64,000 bases of DNA from an uncultured Candidatus Saccharibacteria bacterium. GTDB lineage: Bacteria; Patescibacteriota; Saccharimonadia; Saccharimonadales; JACQNP01. The position numbers were made by a program, and so were the translations under genes. This document shows, in pieces, positions 8,848 to 18,193 of this stretch (position 1 is the stretch's first letter; each line of letters starts with the position of its first letter). The notes beneath the pieces were generated by a model. The model saw only the letters and a program-made list of their open reading frames with translations, was not told the DNA's origin and did no database searches. The stretch is taken from positions 33,600 to 97,599 of the forward strand of contig CAZSZC010000002.1 of the NCBI GenBank assembly GCA_964610775.1, given 5' to 3'.

Positions 8848-9360
8848 GTGAATGCTAAATCTTTTGTTGTTATCGCCCATGATATTCGAAGTTGTCTTAA
8901 TATTGGCAGCTTATTGAGAACAGCCGATGGACTTGGTGTCGATAAGCTGTACCTAACTGGCTACACACCCTATCCATTATCAAATCATGACGACAGACTA
9001 CCTCACCAAGCCCAAAAAATTCATAATCAAATTCATAAATCCGCTCTTGGTGCTGAAGACATAGTCAATTGGGTACACGAGTCAGACGTACATAAGGTAA
9101 TCAAGAAACTAAAAGACCAAGGTTACGAAATATTTGCACTTGAGCAAAGTGCCAAATCGATCGACCTTAGACAGCTCACGCCTCCACAGAAAATAGCACT
9201 ACTACTTGGTCGTGAAGTTGAAGGCATAGACTCTGAACTACTCGATGAATGTAATCAGATTATAGAAATACCAATGCGCGGCAAAAAAGAATCATACAAC
9301 GTAGTCCAGGCCTTTGCCATGGCTGGTTACCAAATACGGTTCGGACAATTTGTTAAGTAA
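8848..9360 (+). CDS. TrmH/SpoU family RNA 2'-O-methyltransferase
   Basis: NIGSLLRTADG, LGREVEGI, IPMRGKKESYNV. Confidence 0.9.
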   Translation: MNAKSFVVIAHDIRSCLNIGSLLRTADGLGVDKLYLTGYTPYPLSNHDDRLPHQAQKIHNQIHKSALGAEDIVNWVHESDVHKVIKKLKDQGYEIFALEQSAKSIDLRQLTPPQKIALLLGREVEGIDSELLDECNQIIEIPMRGKKESYNVVQAFAMAGYQIRFGQFVK

Positions 9361-9385
9361 TACTTACGCTTGTATAATAAATTAC

Positions 9386-10300
9386 GTGCAGCGGACAGCT
9401 CAACAAAAAAACATCCACCAAAAAAAACGCTACGGCTACCACCAAAAAAGATCAAAACGATTTGGTAGTACGTATTTTCCTTATTTGCCAATGATCCTGA
9501 TACTATTTGTAAGTGTTATTCTCAGTGGCTATACGCCAAGACGCGGCACACTAGCATACGCGACAGAAATGAGCCAACAATCGCTTCTCAATGCAACTAA
9601 CTCTGAAAGAACAAATAACGGTAAAACTACGCTAAAACTAAACAGTACCTTGTCTCAAGCCGCCCAAGCCAAAGCTAATGACATGACAGCAAGGAACTAT
9701 TGGTCTCATAAAACGCCCGAAGGACAAGACCCGTGGGTGTTCTTTAATAAAGTCGGTTATAGTTACCTGAAGGCTGGCGAAAATCTTGCCTACGGATTTA
9801 CGACCAGTCGCGACACCGTTACAGGGTGGATGAATAGCCCTTCGCACAGAGATAATCTTCTTGATCCTGACTTTAGTGAAGTCGGCTTCGGGTACGCAAA
9901 TAGTAGCAATTATAACAAGGCTGGGCAGGAAACAGTTGTTGTGGCCATGTATGGCAACCCTCAAAAAACTACACCAAGCCAACAACAATCCCCACAAACC
10001 CTCGCTGGACCAGAAACTCCTAAACCAACAATTAATCAGCCCGTAACAGCAAATACGACTAGACCAATTACAAGAGTAGAAACTATAACCGGCGGTAAAG
10101 CTCCATGGGCGATGACTGCGATTGGCTTTCTGGCGGGCACCATGGTTATGTTCCTAATGCTGCGTTATGGCTTCCGAATTAAAAAACTCATTGGTGACAG
10201 TGAGAATTTCATACTTCACCACCCACTTATAGACGGAACTCTAGTAGCGCTGGTTGTATTATGTTTAGTTTTATCGAGAACAGTTGGCTTTATTCACTAG
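9386..10300 (+). CDS. Membrane-anchored CAP/SCP-domain protein
   Basis: AQAKANDM..RNYWSH, AGENLA, WMNSPSHRDNLL; N- and C-terminal TM segments. GTG 9386 is 7 nt after TATAAT (9373-9378). Confidence 0.85.
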   Translation: MQRTAQQKNIHQKKRYGYHQKRSKRFGSTYFPYLPMILILFVSVILSGYTPRRGTLAYATEMSQQSLLNATNSERTNNGKTTLKLNSTLSQAAQAKANDMTARNYWSHKTPEGQDPWVFFNKVGYSYLKAGENLAYGFTTSRDTVTGWMNSPSHRDNLLDPDFSEVGFGYANSSNYNKAGQETVVVAMYGNPQKTTPSQQQSPQTLAGPETPKPTINQPVTANTTRPITRVETITGGKAPWAMTAIGFLAGTMVMFLMLRYGFRIKKLIGDSENFILHHPLIDGTLVALVVLCLVLSRTVGFIH

Positions 10301-10305
10301 AATAA

Positions 10306-13300
10306 TCAGTTTAATCGTACGTTGTTTGAGCCGACAATATCGCTTATAAGAGCTATATTTTCATCAGATGCCGAAGTTCTTTGAGGCAAGCGAATGGCTT
10401 GACGATCACTATCATTGCCAAGTACTAAAACTACTTCCGTATCACCGGGAGCCGCTGTTATTGTTTCTTTTAAATTAATCAGTTGTTGCGTATCATCACT
10501 AGAGTGCATGCGAATATATATACGTTTTAGTTGTTCCTGAATAGTTTCTTTTTTTGGCATCACCCTTGCTTTTTTTGTTACAAGTTTTTTAGGAGATTTA
10601 CCAGTTGGCTTATATGCGCTTGCCTGTTCAGCCGTAAGTTCTCTTGCATCATCAATAAGTAATTTGGCCTCCTGGGTTAAGTTTCCTTCCTTATCTTTGG
10701 CGGTTATTTTACCTTTCACCAAGACTATATTATCGCGCTCCCAAATACCTAAAGTCTGTTGATAAATGTTAGGAAAGATTATGAGTTCTAGTTCCGAAAA
10801 TGAATCGGCTACTTTAACAAAAGCCATCTTTTGACCGTTTTTTGTGGTAATCTCTTTAGATTCAAGGATAATGCCTCCTATTGTAACTGACTTATTATCA
10901 TGTTCGGGCTTAATTTCACTAATTGGTACCGTCAGCTCAGACAGCATTGCCTCGTAGCTTTGAAGTGGATGTTGACTGAGATAAATACCTAGCAATTCAC
11001 GCTCCCATTGCAGTTGCTCGCGTTCTGGAATCGAAACATCTGGCGACTGTAACAGAAGAGCAGTTTTTACCGATTCGCCAGATACGGATCCGAAGAGGTC
11101 AGTTTGGCCAGAGAGTTTTTGCTTCTGCTCTTTGTTTGCATAAGCCAGTAGAACGTCAAGATTATGCAACAAGAAACTACGGTCATTAAAATTATCGAAT
11201 GCGCCTGACTTTATTAAACTTTCTAAAACCTTACGATTTACCTGCTTTACACTAACTCTCTCAAAAAAATCTTCAAGTGAAGAAAATTCACCTGCTTCTC
11301 TCGCCCTCAGAACCTCCTCCACGGCGCCTGTACCTACATTTTTTATCGCCGCCATGCCAAATCTAATTTGATTAGTCTCTGGCACAACCGCAAACTCCAC
11401 GAACGATTCATTAACGTCTGGTGGTAATACTTGAATACCAATGTGTTTACACTCATTCATTTCAATAGCCAACCTATCTGTATCGTCGTAATCACTAGTC
11501 ATTAGGGCTGCCATAAAGGCGGCTGGATAGTTAGCCTTTAGATAGGCCGTCCAGTAAGCAATGAGTGCATAGCACGAAGAGTGAGCCTTTGGAAATGCAT
11601 AGGACGCAAATGCCTCTAACTGCTTCCAAAAGACTTCCATCGCTTTACGATCTGCACCGACGGTTTTAACAGCACCCTCTATAAACTCGCTTTTAAATCT
11701 AGCTAGTACTTCCGGAATTTTTTTCCCAATACCTTTTCTAAGAGTATCAGCCTGACCACCAGTAAATCCACACATCTCTTTACTGATCTGCATTACCTGC
11801 TCTTGATAGACAATAACTCCGTAGGTATTTGCAAGTGCAGGTTTCATGGCTGGATGTAAGTAACTTATTTCTTTCTCTCCATGTTTCCTAGCAATAAAGT
11901 CATCAATCCACTGCATTGGTCCTGGCCTATAAAGTGCATTCATAGCGATTAAATCGTCAAACACTGTCGGTTTCAACTCTTTAAGGTAGCGTTTCATGCC
12001 AGCCGATTCAAACTGGAAAACGCCAGTTGTGTCTCCGCGCTGAAAAAGCTCAAAAGTTTTATCGTCGTCAAGAGGAATGGCGTTAAAATCTATATCTTGG
12101 TTATAAACCTTTTTGATGATACGCAAAGCATTTTTAATGATCGTTAAGTTAGATAATCCCAGGAAATCCATCTTAAGCAGACCAAGCTCCTCAATAGGGC
12201 CCATTGAGTACTGCGTAGCCACCACCCCCTTCTGTGCCATTTCTAGTGGCACAAACTCTACTATTTTGTCAGGAGCTATAACCACACCCGCTGCGTGAAC
12301 CCCGTGACTGCGAATAGTGCCCTCTAGCTGAACAGCTAGATCAAAGACCTTCTTGGATTGTTCGTTATGTTCATACTCCTGCTTTAAATCAGGGTCATCT
12401 TTTAATGACTTAACCAAGGGTATGTGCCGACCCTGAATGGGGGGTGGGATCATCTTGGCTAAACGATCGGCATCAGCGTAGGGAACTTGAAGTACTCTAG
12501 CTACATCCCTAACAGCATTTCTGGCAGCCATCTTACCAAACGTAACTATATTAGCTACTCTATCTTCACCATATTTGGCTACACAATACTGGATCACTTC
12601 GTCGCGTCTGGAATCTTGAATATCAATATCAATATCAGGCATTGATATGCGATCGGGGTTTAAAAACCGTTCAAATAGCAAATCATACTTTAGAGGATCA
12701 AGTTCGGTAATCTTTAGACTATACGCAATAATCGACCCAGCAGCACTTCCACGACCCGGACCAAATACAATACCTTTATTTTTTCCCCAGTTTATGAAGT
12801 CTTGAATTATCAAGAAGTAGCCATTAAATCCCATACTATCAATGACACCAAGTTCATATTTCGCACGGTCTTGAACGTGTACTGGAATTGACTTCTTAGC
12901 AGAGCTTATTGATAGCTTACTGGTTTTTTCTTCCTCCACACCACCATATCTCCAAGCTAGACCTCGATAGACCAAATCCTCGAGGTGTGTTTTTTCTGTC
13001 TTACCTTTAGGTACCTCAAATTTTGGTATTAATATTTTGCCAAGTTCAATTTCAATATCACACCGCTCGGCAATTTTAGAGGTGTTTTTGATAACTTCGG
13101 GGTGTGACTTGCCCCAACGCTCAATTATTTCAGCTGGGTCTGTCAAGTGTAGTTCCATATCCTTGAGAGACATGCGCTTTTCATCAGATAAGAATGAGCC
13201 AGTCTGTACGCAGAGTAAAACTTCGTGCGCTTCTTGATCCTGATGTGTTAAATAGTGAGCGTCACATGTTAGTACGCAAGGCACTTCAAGCTCTTCAGAG

Positions 13301-13917
13301 AGTTTAAATAATTGTTCGTTAACCCTTACCTGTTCGTCCCACTTTGAGGGATGATCAGGGTGGCCATGATCCTGAACCTCTAAGAAATAACGATCATCAA
13401 ATACTGACCTATACCAACCGGCAACTTCTTTGGCCTTATCATACTGCTCCTGACGTAAAGCGTCGGCAACTTCGCCACCTATACAGCCACTTAAAACGAT
13501 TAAACCTTCATTGTATTTTTTAAGTAACTCGTGGTCTATGCGCGGTTTATAGTAAAATCCTCTTAAATTAGCCTCTGTGCTCAATCGCATCAAGTTTTTG
13601 TAGCCCTTGATATTCATAGCTAACAAGATCAAGTGGTAATATACTTTATCTTTGCCAGCATCCTTATCTTCCATAGAACGAGCAGCTACATAGGCTTCGA
13701 TGCCTAGAATCGGCTTCACACCCTCCGACTTAGCCTGTTTATAGAACTCAATAACGCCGGATAAAGTACCGTGGTCAGTTATAGCTACTGACTCCATGCC
13801 AAGTTTTTTTGTATATTCAATCAATGCCGGTATCTTGCTCAAACCATCGAGCAAACTGTAGTGTGTATGATTATGCAGATGAACGTAGTCACTGCTTTTT
13901 AGCATTGTCTTAGTCAC
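10306..13917 (-). CDS. dnaE: DNA polymerase III alpha subunit
   Basis: HLHNHTHYSLLDG PHP domain, GPGRGSAAGS, MPDIDID, KMDFLGL and a C-terminal OB fold; no intein. Confidence 0.98.
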   Translation of the reverse strand: MTKTMLKSSDYVHLHNHTHYSLLDGLSKIPALIEYTKKLGMESVAITDHGTLSGVIEFYKQAKSEGVKPILGIEAYVAARSMEDKDAGKDKVYYHLILLAMNIKGYKNLMRLSTEANLRGFYYKPRIDHELLKKYNEGLIVLSGCIGGEVADALRQEQYDKAKEVAGWYRSVFDDRYFLEVQDHGHPDHPSKWDEQVRVNEQLFKLSEELEVPCVLTCDAHYLTHQDQEAHEVLLCVQTGSFLSDEKRMSLKDMELHLTDPAEIIERWGKSHPEVIKNTSKIAERCDIEIELGKILIPKFEVPKGKTEKTHLEDLVYRGLAWRYGGVEEEKTSKLSISSAKKSIPVHVQDRAKYELGVIDSMGFNGYFLIIQDFINWGKNKGIVFGPGRGSAAGSIIAYSLKITELDPLKYDLLFERFLNPDRISMPDIDIDIQDSRRDEVIQYCVAKYGEDRVANIVTFGKMAARNAVRDVARVLQVPYADADRLAKMIPPPIQGRHIPLVKSLKDDPDLKQEYEHNEQSKKVFDLAVQLEGTIRSHGVHAAGVVIAPDKIVEFVPLEMAQKGVVATQYSMGPIEELGLLKMDFLGLSNLTIIKNALRIIKKVYNQDIDFNAIPLDDDKTFELFQRGDTTGVFQFESAGMKRYLKELKPTVFDDLIAMNALYRPGPMQWIDDFIARKHGEKEISYLHPAMKPALANTYGVIVYQEQVMQISKEMCGFTGGQADTLRKGIGKKIPEVLARFKSEFIEGAVKTVGADRKAMEVFWKQLEAFASYAFPKAHSSCYALIAYWTAYLKANYPAAFMAALMTSDYDDTDRLAIEMNECKHIGIQVLPPDVNESFVEFAVVPETNQIRFGMAAIKNVGTGAVEEVLRAREAGEFSSLEDFFERVSVKQVNRKVLESLIKSGAFDNFNDRSFLLHNLDVLLAYANKEQKQKLSGQTDLFGSVSGESVKTALLLQSPDVSIPEREQLQWERELLGIYLSQHPLQSYEAMLSELTVPISEIKPEHDNKSVTIGGIILESKEITTKNGQKMAFVKVADSFSELELIIFPNIYQQTLGIWERDNIVLVKGKITAKDKEGNLTQEAKLLIDDARELTAEQASAYKPTGKSPKKLVTKKARVMPKKETIQEQLKRIYIRMHSSDDTQQLINLKETITAAPGDTEVVLVLGNDSDRQAIRLPQRTSASDENIALISDIVGSNNVRLN

Positions 13918-13994
13918 ATTACCCCTTTACTACATTTTAATAAATTAGTGCCTTTTGTTCGACACTATTTATTACAACGGTTGAGGAGCTATGC

Positions 13995-14405
13995 TTATTT
14001 GGAGTTTTTTGAGGCGTAAATTTTTAGATGAGAAATTGAGGTTCTTAGATCCTGTACGGCATTATTGAGATCTTCGTCATCGGCCTCACCGTTGTTTAGG
14101 GCACGCACGACTTCGCGTGCTTTATCTTTAGCTATCTGCGCCCTGACTATTGCTTCTTGTAATTCTGCTTTTGCTGCACCACTAAGACTTTTTAGGCGAG
14201 AATTTGCATCCTTTAGTAACTTGGAAGCGTCGGCCTGTAAGGATTTTATTTTGGCTTCCATCTGTTCTTTTGTAGCAATTGCCGTGTTCTTCAAGTCCTG
14301 TCGTGTTTCTTTGCCACTTTTTGGCGCCGTTAATATACCTGCGACATAGCCAGCTGCGGCCGCTAAAACAACACCTATTGCAACGTTTCTAGTATTCTTT
14401 GACAT
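13995..14405 (-). CDS. YtxH-domain protein
   Basis: Hydrophobic N-terminus with GILTAPKSGKETR, followed by a coiled coil. Confidence 0.85.
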   Translation of the reverse strand: MSKNTRNVAIGVVLAAAAGYVAGILTAPKSGKETRQDLKNTAIATKEQMEAKIKSLQADASKLLKDANSRLKSLSGAAKAELQEAIVRAQIAKDKAREVVRALNNGEADDEDLNNAVQDLRTSISHLKIYASKNSK

Positions 14406-14408
14406 AAT

Positions 14409-14651
14409 CTATCTCCTCTTACTTTTAGTTACACTACCAAGGGCATTAACAAGTGATGCCAGTATTCTTATTATGGACATGGACTTTATTGAAGCCTCCA
14501 CAGATTCACTTACTTGCTCAGCTTTTTCTGAAAGTCTGTTAAGGCTTTTTAGTAATCTAATTATTAATACCAAAGAAATGATACCGAGAATCAAAAAAAC
14601 TGCCAGCGCACTGGACAAAATAATAACTAAAACCTGCTCTGCCTCGTTCAT
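14409..14651 (-). CDS. Small single-TM protein (DUF948-like partner of YtxH)
   Basis: N-terminal TM plus coiled coil; directly upstream of the ytxH-like gene. Confidence 0.65.
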   Translation of the reverse strand: MNEAEQVLVIILSSALAVFLILGIISLVLIIRLLKSLNRLSEKAEQVSESVEASIKSMSIIRILASLVNALGSVTKSKRR

Positions 14652-14657
14652 AGTATG

Positions 14658-14663
14658 ATTATA
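14658..14663 (-). promoter_or_regulatory. Extended -10 (TGG-TATAAT), leaderless-type promoter
   Basis: Perfect TATAAT 6 nt upstream of ATG 14651. Confidence 0.55.
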
Positions 14664-14678
14664 CCATATTATTGCAAT

Positions 14679-15572
14679 CTACACTATAGAGCGTAGATAT
14701 GTAATGAAGTCATCTTTGACATCATCATGCTTTAATGCAAAGTCTACGACGGTTTTCAGGTACTCTAGTTTATTTCCTGTATCATAATATCTGCCATTCT
14801 CGATTTCTAGACCGTACACATTATGGCCATCGTTTATCATCTGTTGAATCGATGGTTGTTGAATAAATTCTTCACCTTCGATTCTAGAATCTTTTGCCTT
14901 TTGTAGATACGTAAATAGTTCAGGCGTAAACACGTAGCCGCTCACACTCGCTAGATTACTTGGAGCATTATCTTTGCCAGGTTTCTCAATAATCTCACTG
15001 ATTTTTATCAACCCCTCTTTAATGGGCTGACCGGCCACAATACCATACCGACTATAATCTTCATCCCTCTCAACAGGAATGCAAGTCAAAACACAGGCAC
15101 CTGTCTGTTCATAAACCTCTATCATTTGTTTGAATCGTGATTTAGGCTCGGCAACCACAAAGTCATCGGCAAATGTATAAATAAAAGGTTCATCACCTAT
15201 TAGATGCTCGGCGTTCAAGATTGGCATTGCATTGCCGTATGGACCCTTTTGGCGAATATAGGCAAAATTAGCCAAATCGGATATTTTTTTTGTTTGATCA
15301 AGTAGCTCAGTTTTGCCACCCTGCTTCAGGTTTAATCGCAGTTCAGCGCTAATATGATCAAAATGGTCCTCGATTGAACGCTTGTGATAGCCTGTAACTA
15401 TAACAATGTCTTCAATACCTGCATCAACCAATTCTTCAACAATATATTGGATGATTGGCTTATCAACGAGTGGAAGCATTTCCTTTGGCATTGCTTTGGT
15501 TTGGGGCAAGAAACGCGTGCCAAAGCCAGCAGCCGCAATCACAGCTTTTCTAACTGTTTGTGTATTTTTCAT
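14679..15572 (-). CDS. galU: UTP--glucose-1-phosphate uridylyltransferase
   Basis: KAVIAAAGFGTRFLPQTKAMPKEMLPLVDKP, EKP, YDTGNKLEY. Confidence 0.92.
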   Translation of the reverse strand: MKNTQTVRKAVIAAAGFGTRFLPQTKAMPKEMLPLVDKPIIQYIVEELVDAGIEDIVIVTGYHKRSIEDHFDHISAELRLNLKQGGKTELLDQTKKISDLANFAYIRQKGPYGNAMPILNAEHLIGDEPFIYTFADDFVVAEPKSRFKQMIEVYEQTGACVLTCIPVERDEDYSRYGIVAGQPIKEGLIKISEIIEKPGKDNAPSNLASVSGYVFTPELFTYLQKAKDSRIEGEEFIQQPSIQQMINDGHNVYGLEIENGRYYDTGNKLEYLKTVVDFALKHDDVKDDFITYLRSIV

Positions 15573-15638
15573 AGTTACTCCATTGTAACATCTAACAATA
15601 TTTACGGCAGGCTAAACTTGTACTACAATGATTTAACT

Positions 15639-16358
15639 ATGAAGTCAAATGTATTGGGTCTCACATTACTAGGTGCAGCTGTTCACGAACGAGTTACGCC
15701 AAAATATACTGATTGGCCATTTCATAACCAACAACACGCTGATCAAGTTACTTTAGATGCAATGAAGCTAGCTAATTTCTGCGAAAAGAATGGTCTGAGC
15801 TCCGATCGTTCTGTAATTCTAGTCGCAGCTCAGTATCATGATGCACTATTCCATGAGCATTCACTCGGTAGTGGATTTTCTAGTGCAGAGCGTCAGTCAG
15901 CGGCAATTGCGATGGAAGAATCATACGATCTAGGTTTTACTGATAGCCAAATTGAGCATGTTGGCGCATGTATTGAAAGTACGGAACGTGGCGTTAGCTG
16001 CCAGTCATTAGAGGCAAAAATTATTCGCCGTGCTGACCTTGCTAACTTAGGCGGTTCACTTGGTGGATTTGTAATTTCTTCGTTCAAACTATATAACGAG
16101 CTACACATGCAAAAAAGATTCCCTGGTGACTGGATTAGCTTAATTCAGGGGTCTAGGGCAAGTTTAGCTGATTATTTATCTGAGGATATTAGTTTCGGTG
16201 AATTTGATCGCCACCACAATAAATCACTTTGGTTGATTCAGACCGAGAGAAATCTTAGGATATTAGATCGAATTGTAGCCCAGCCAGCTGAAAGCGCAAA
16301 CACACTACTTAATAAGATTCTGGAACGAGCAAGCTCTATAAACCGAGCTGCTTCTTAA
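15639..16358 (+). CDS. HD-superfamily metal-dependent phosphohydrolase
   Basis: PFHNQQH...AAQYHDA...IIRRADLANLG. Start revised to ATG 15639 because the longer ORF overlaps galU. Confidence 0.75.
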   Translation: MKSNVLGLTLLGAAVHERVTPKYTDWPFHNQQHADQVTLDAMKLANFCEKNGLSSDRSVILVAAQYHDALFHEHSLGSGFSSAERQSAAIAMEESYDLGFTDSQIEHVGACIESTERGVSCQSLEAKIIRRADLANLGGSLGGFVISSFKLYNELHMQKRFPGDWISLIQGSRASLADYLSEDISFGEFDRHHNKSLWLIQTERNLRILDRIVAQPAESANTLLNKILERASSINRAAS

Positions 16359-17784
16359 TGAGCTGTTGGGCAATACCTGGATTTGCCTTACCTTGACTAG
16401 CCTTCATAACCTGTCCAACTAAGAAACCAATAGCCTTCATTTCACCGTTTTTGACATCTTCAGCAGCTTTAGAGTTTTCAGCCAAAACTCCAGCCACAAT
16501 CTTTTCAATTTCAGCTGAATCAGAAACCTGTAGCAAATTATTTTTCTCAGCTATCTCTTCTGGGTCGGTGTTCGAATTAAACATTTCGAGCCAAACTTCT
16601 TTAGTCGCCGATGAACTTAGTTTGTTTTCTGCGACTAGGTTTGAAAGTTTAACTGCATTTTGCCAAGACACTGGCCACGGTGCATCATCTTGTAAATCAT
16701 CACTAATGCTCGCGACATTCACCACCCACAGAGCAACACGACGAGCTGCCTCATCGTTACTATTTTCTCTAATATCTTTTAAGAATCTCCCGGCTCTAGG
16801 ATCAATTAATAGTGTTTCGGCTGTAGCGGTGTCTAGTTTAAGTTCACTATATAACTGTCTGTATACGCTCGGCAGAGTTGGCATATTCTTTTTGACTTCT
16901 TCTATGTAAGATTCATCAATTTCTACAGGTGGGATATCAGGATCAGGGAAATATCGATAATCGTGAGCATCTTCTTTGCTTCGCTGACTAAATGTTTTTT
17001 GATTCGCATCATCCCAACCACGTGTTTCTTGGATTACCTTTTCACCTCGAATCAGTAATTCTGTTTGCCGCTTTATTTCATATTCGACAGCTTTTTCAAC
17101 TGCTCTAAAGCTATTAATATTTTTAGTTTCGGTGCGTAACCCCAGCTTATTGGGGTCATCACTAATACTGACATTAACATCAAAACGCATATTACCATGA
17201 TATAAATCAACATCAGATACACCAGAATATTTCATGAGCAGCCAAAGTTCATACGCATATGCTCTAGCTTCCTCGGCGCTATGTATATCGGCTTCAGATA
17301 CAATTTCTAGAAGTGGGGTACCTGCACGATTGAGATCAACTAGACTATAGTCTTTACCCATTGGATGAGTACTTTTACCAGCATCCTCCTCAATTTGAAC
17401 CCTGTTAATACGGATAGTCCTGTGTTCGCCGTCGACATTAATACTTACTATGCCACCTACGACAATCGGCTGACTCAGTTGGGATATCTGATAACCTTTA
17501 GGTAAATCTGGGTAAAAGTAGTGTTTTCGTTCAAAAACACTGTACTTTTGTGGCTCAACACCGAGAGCAAAAGCTGCTCGAGAAGCATATTCTAAGACCT
17601 TTTCATTTAAGACAGGCAATGCTCCGGGCATGCCTAAACAAATATGGCTAACCAGTGTGTTCGGTTCAGCATTTCTAGCATCATTTGGTACCGCAGCAAA
17701 CAACTTGGTAACAGTCTTTAGCTGAACATGGCATTCAACACCTATGGTGGGTAAATAATCGTTATTTGTTTTTTGTTTGCTCAC
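16336..17784 (-). CDS. gatB: Asp/Glu-tRNA amidotransferase subunit B
   Basis: IGVECHVQL, RKHYFYPDLPKGYQISQ, DLNRAGTPLLEIVSE, DYRYFPDPD, GFLVGQVMK. Confidence 0.97.
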   Translation of the reverse strand: MSKQKTNNDYLPTIGVECHVQLKTVTKLFAAVPNDARNAEPNTLVSHICLGMPGALPVLNEKVLEYASRAAFALGVEPQKYSVFERKHYFYPDLPKGYQISQLSQPIVVGGIVSINVDGEHRTIRINRVQIEEDAGKSTHPMGKDYSLVDLNRAGTPLLEIVSEADIHSAEEARAYAYELWLLMKYSGVSDVDLYHGNMRFDVNVSISDDPNKLGLRTETKNINSFRAVEKAVEYEIKRQTELLIRGEKVIQETRGWDDANQKTFSQRSKEDAHDYRYFPDPDIPPVEIDESYIEEVKKNMPTLPSVYRQLYSELKLDTATAETLLIDPRAGRFLKDIRENSNDEAARRVALWVVNVASISDDLQDDAPWPVSWQNAVKLSNLVAENKLSSSATKEVWLEMFNSNTDPEEIAEKNNLLQVSDSAEIEKIVAGVLAENSKAAEDVKNGEMKAIGFLVGQVMKASQGKANPGIAQQLIKKQLGL

Positions 17785-18193
17785 TTTTCAGTGCTCCTAC
17801 GTCTCTCAAAGCTTGCCTATAAGCAATAAGTGCTTCTTTAACATCAATCTCTTTAAGCCTGCTAAGCTCTTCGGAGGCAATTTTTTTATAAAGATTATGG
17901 GCAAACCATATGCCGTCATTATCTGTAAAAACCTTTTGCGCCGATACCATTCGTTCTCCCATAGTTTTGCCTTTAAACTTCCGCTTTTTCAAGGCTTTGT
18001 CCAATAGATTGTCGGCTTTGGTAAGAGCTTCAGGCCAAGTCTTCCTGTCTTTACAAAGAGTCTGCAAATCTTTCCATTGCTTTGCGAAATTATCTGACTT
18101 TAGCCTCTTAGGTATCTTTCTATATATAAAAAACAATACCGATACAGCAAGCATGGCTCCACAGGCAATTAATGCAATTAATTCGGGACTCAT
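17762..18193 (-). CDS. Single-TM hypothetical protein inside the gat operon (degenerate HEPN-like)
   Basis: N-terminal TM; ADNLLDKAL...GKTMGERM...W.AH. Overlaps both gatA and gatB. Confidence 0.65.
   Translation of the reverse strand: MSPELIALIACGAMLAVSVLFFIYRKIPKRLKSDNFAKQWKDLQTLCKDRKTWPEALTKADNLLDKALKKRKFKGKTMGERMVSAQKVFTDNDGIWFAHNLYKKIASEELSRLKEIDVKEALIAYRQALRDVGALKSEQTKNK

Noticed and set aside
10306-13917. Intein or split in dnaE
   Set aside because: Length (1203 aa) and motif order are normal, with no intein signature.
15384-15638. N-terminal extensions in the ORF track (also 4844-4885, 9314-9385, 43888-43926, 44856-44957, 59749-59895)
   Set aside because: They overlap neighbouring genes or terminators. 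Downstream starts fit family N-termini, -10 spacing or ATGA coupling better.
16451-16909. Long antisense ORFs (also 42683-43093, 43515-43916, 58907-59335 and many shorter ones)
   Set aside because: They lie opposite well-supported genes and have no motifs; they are shadow ORFs.
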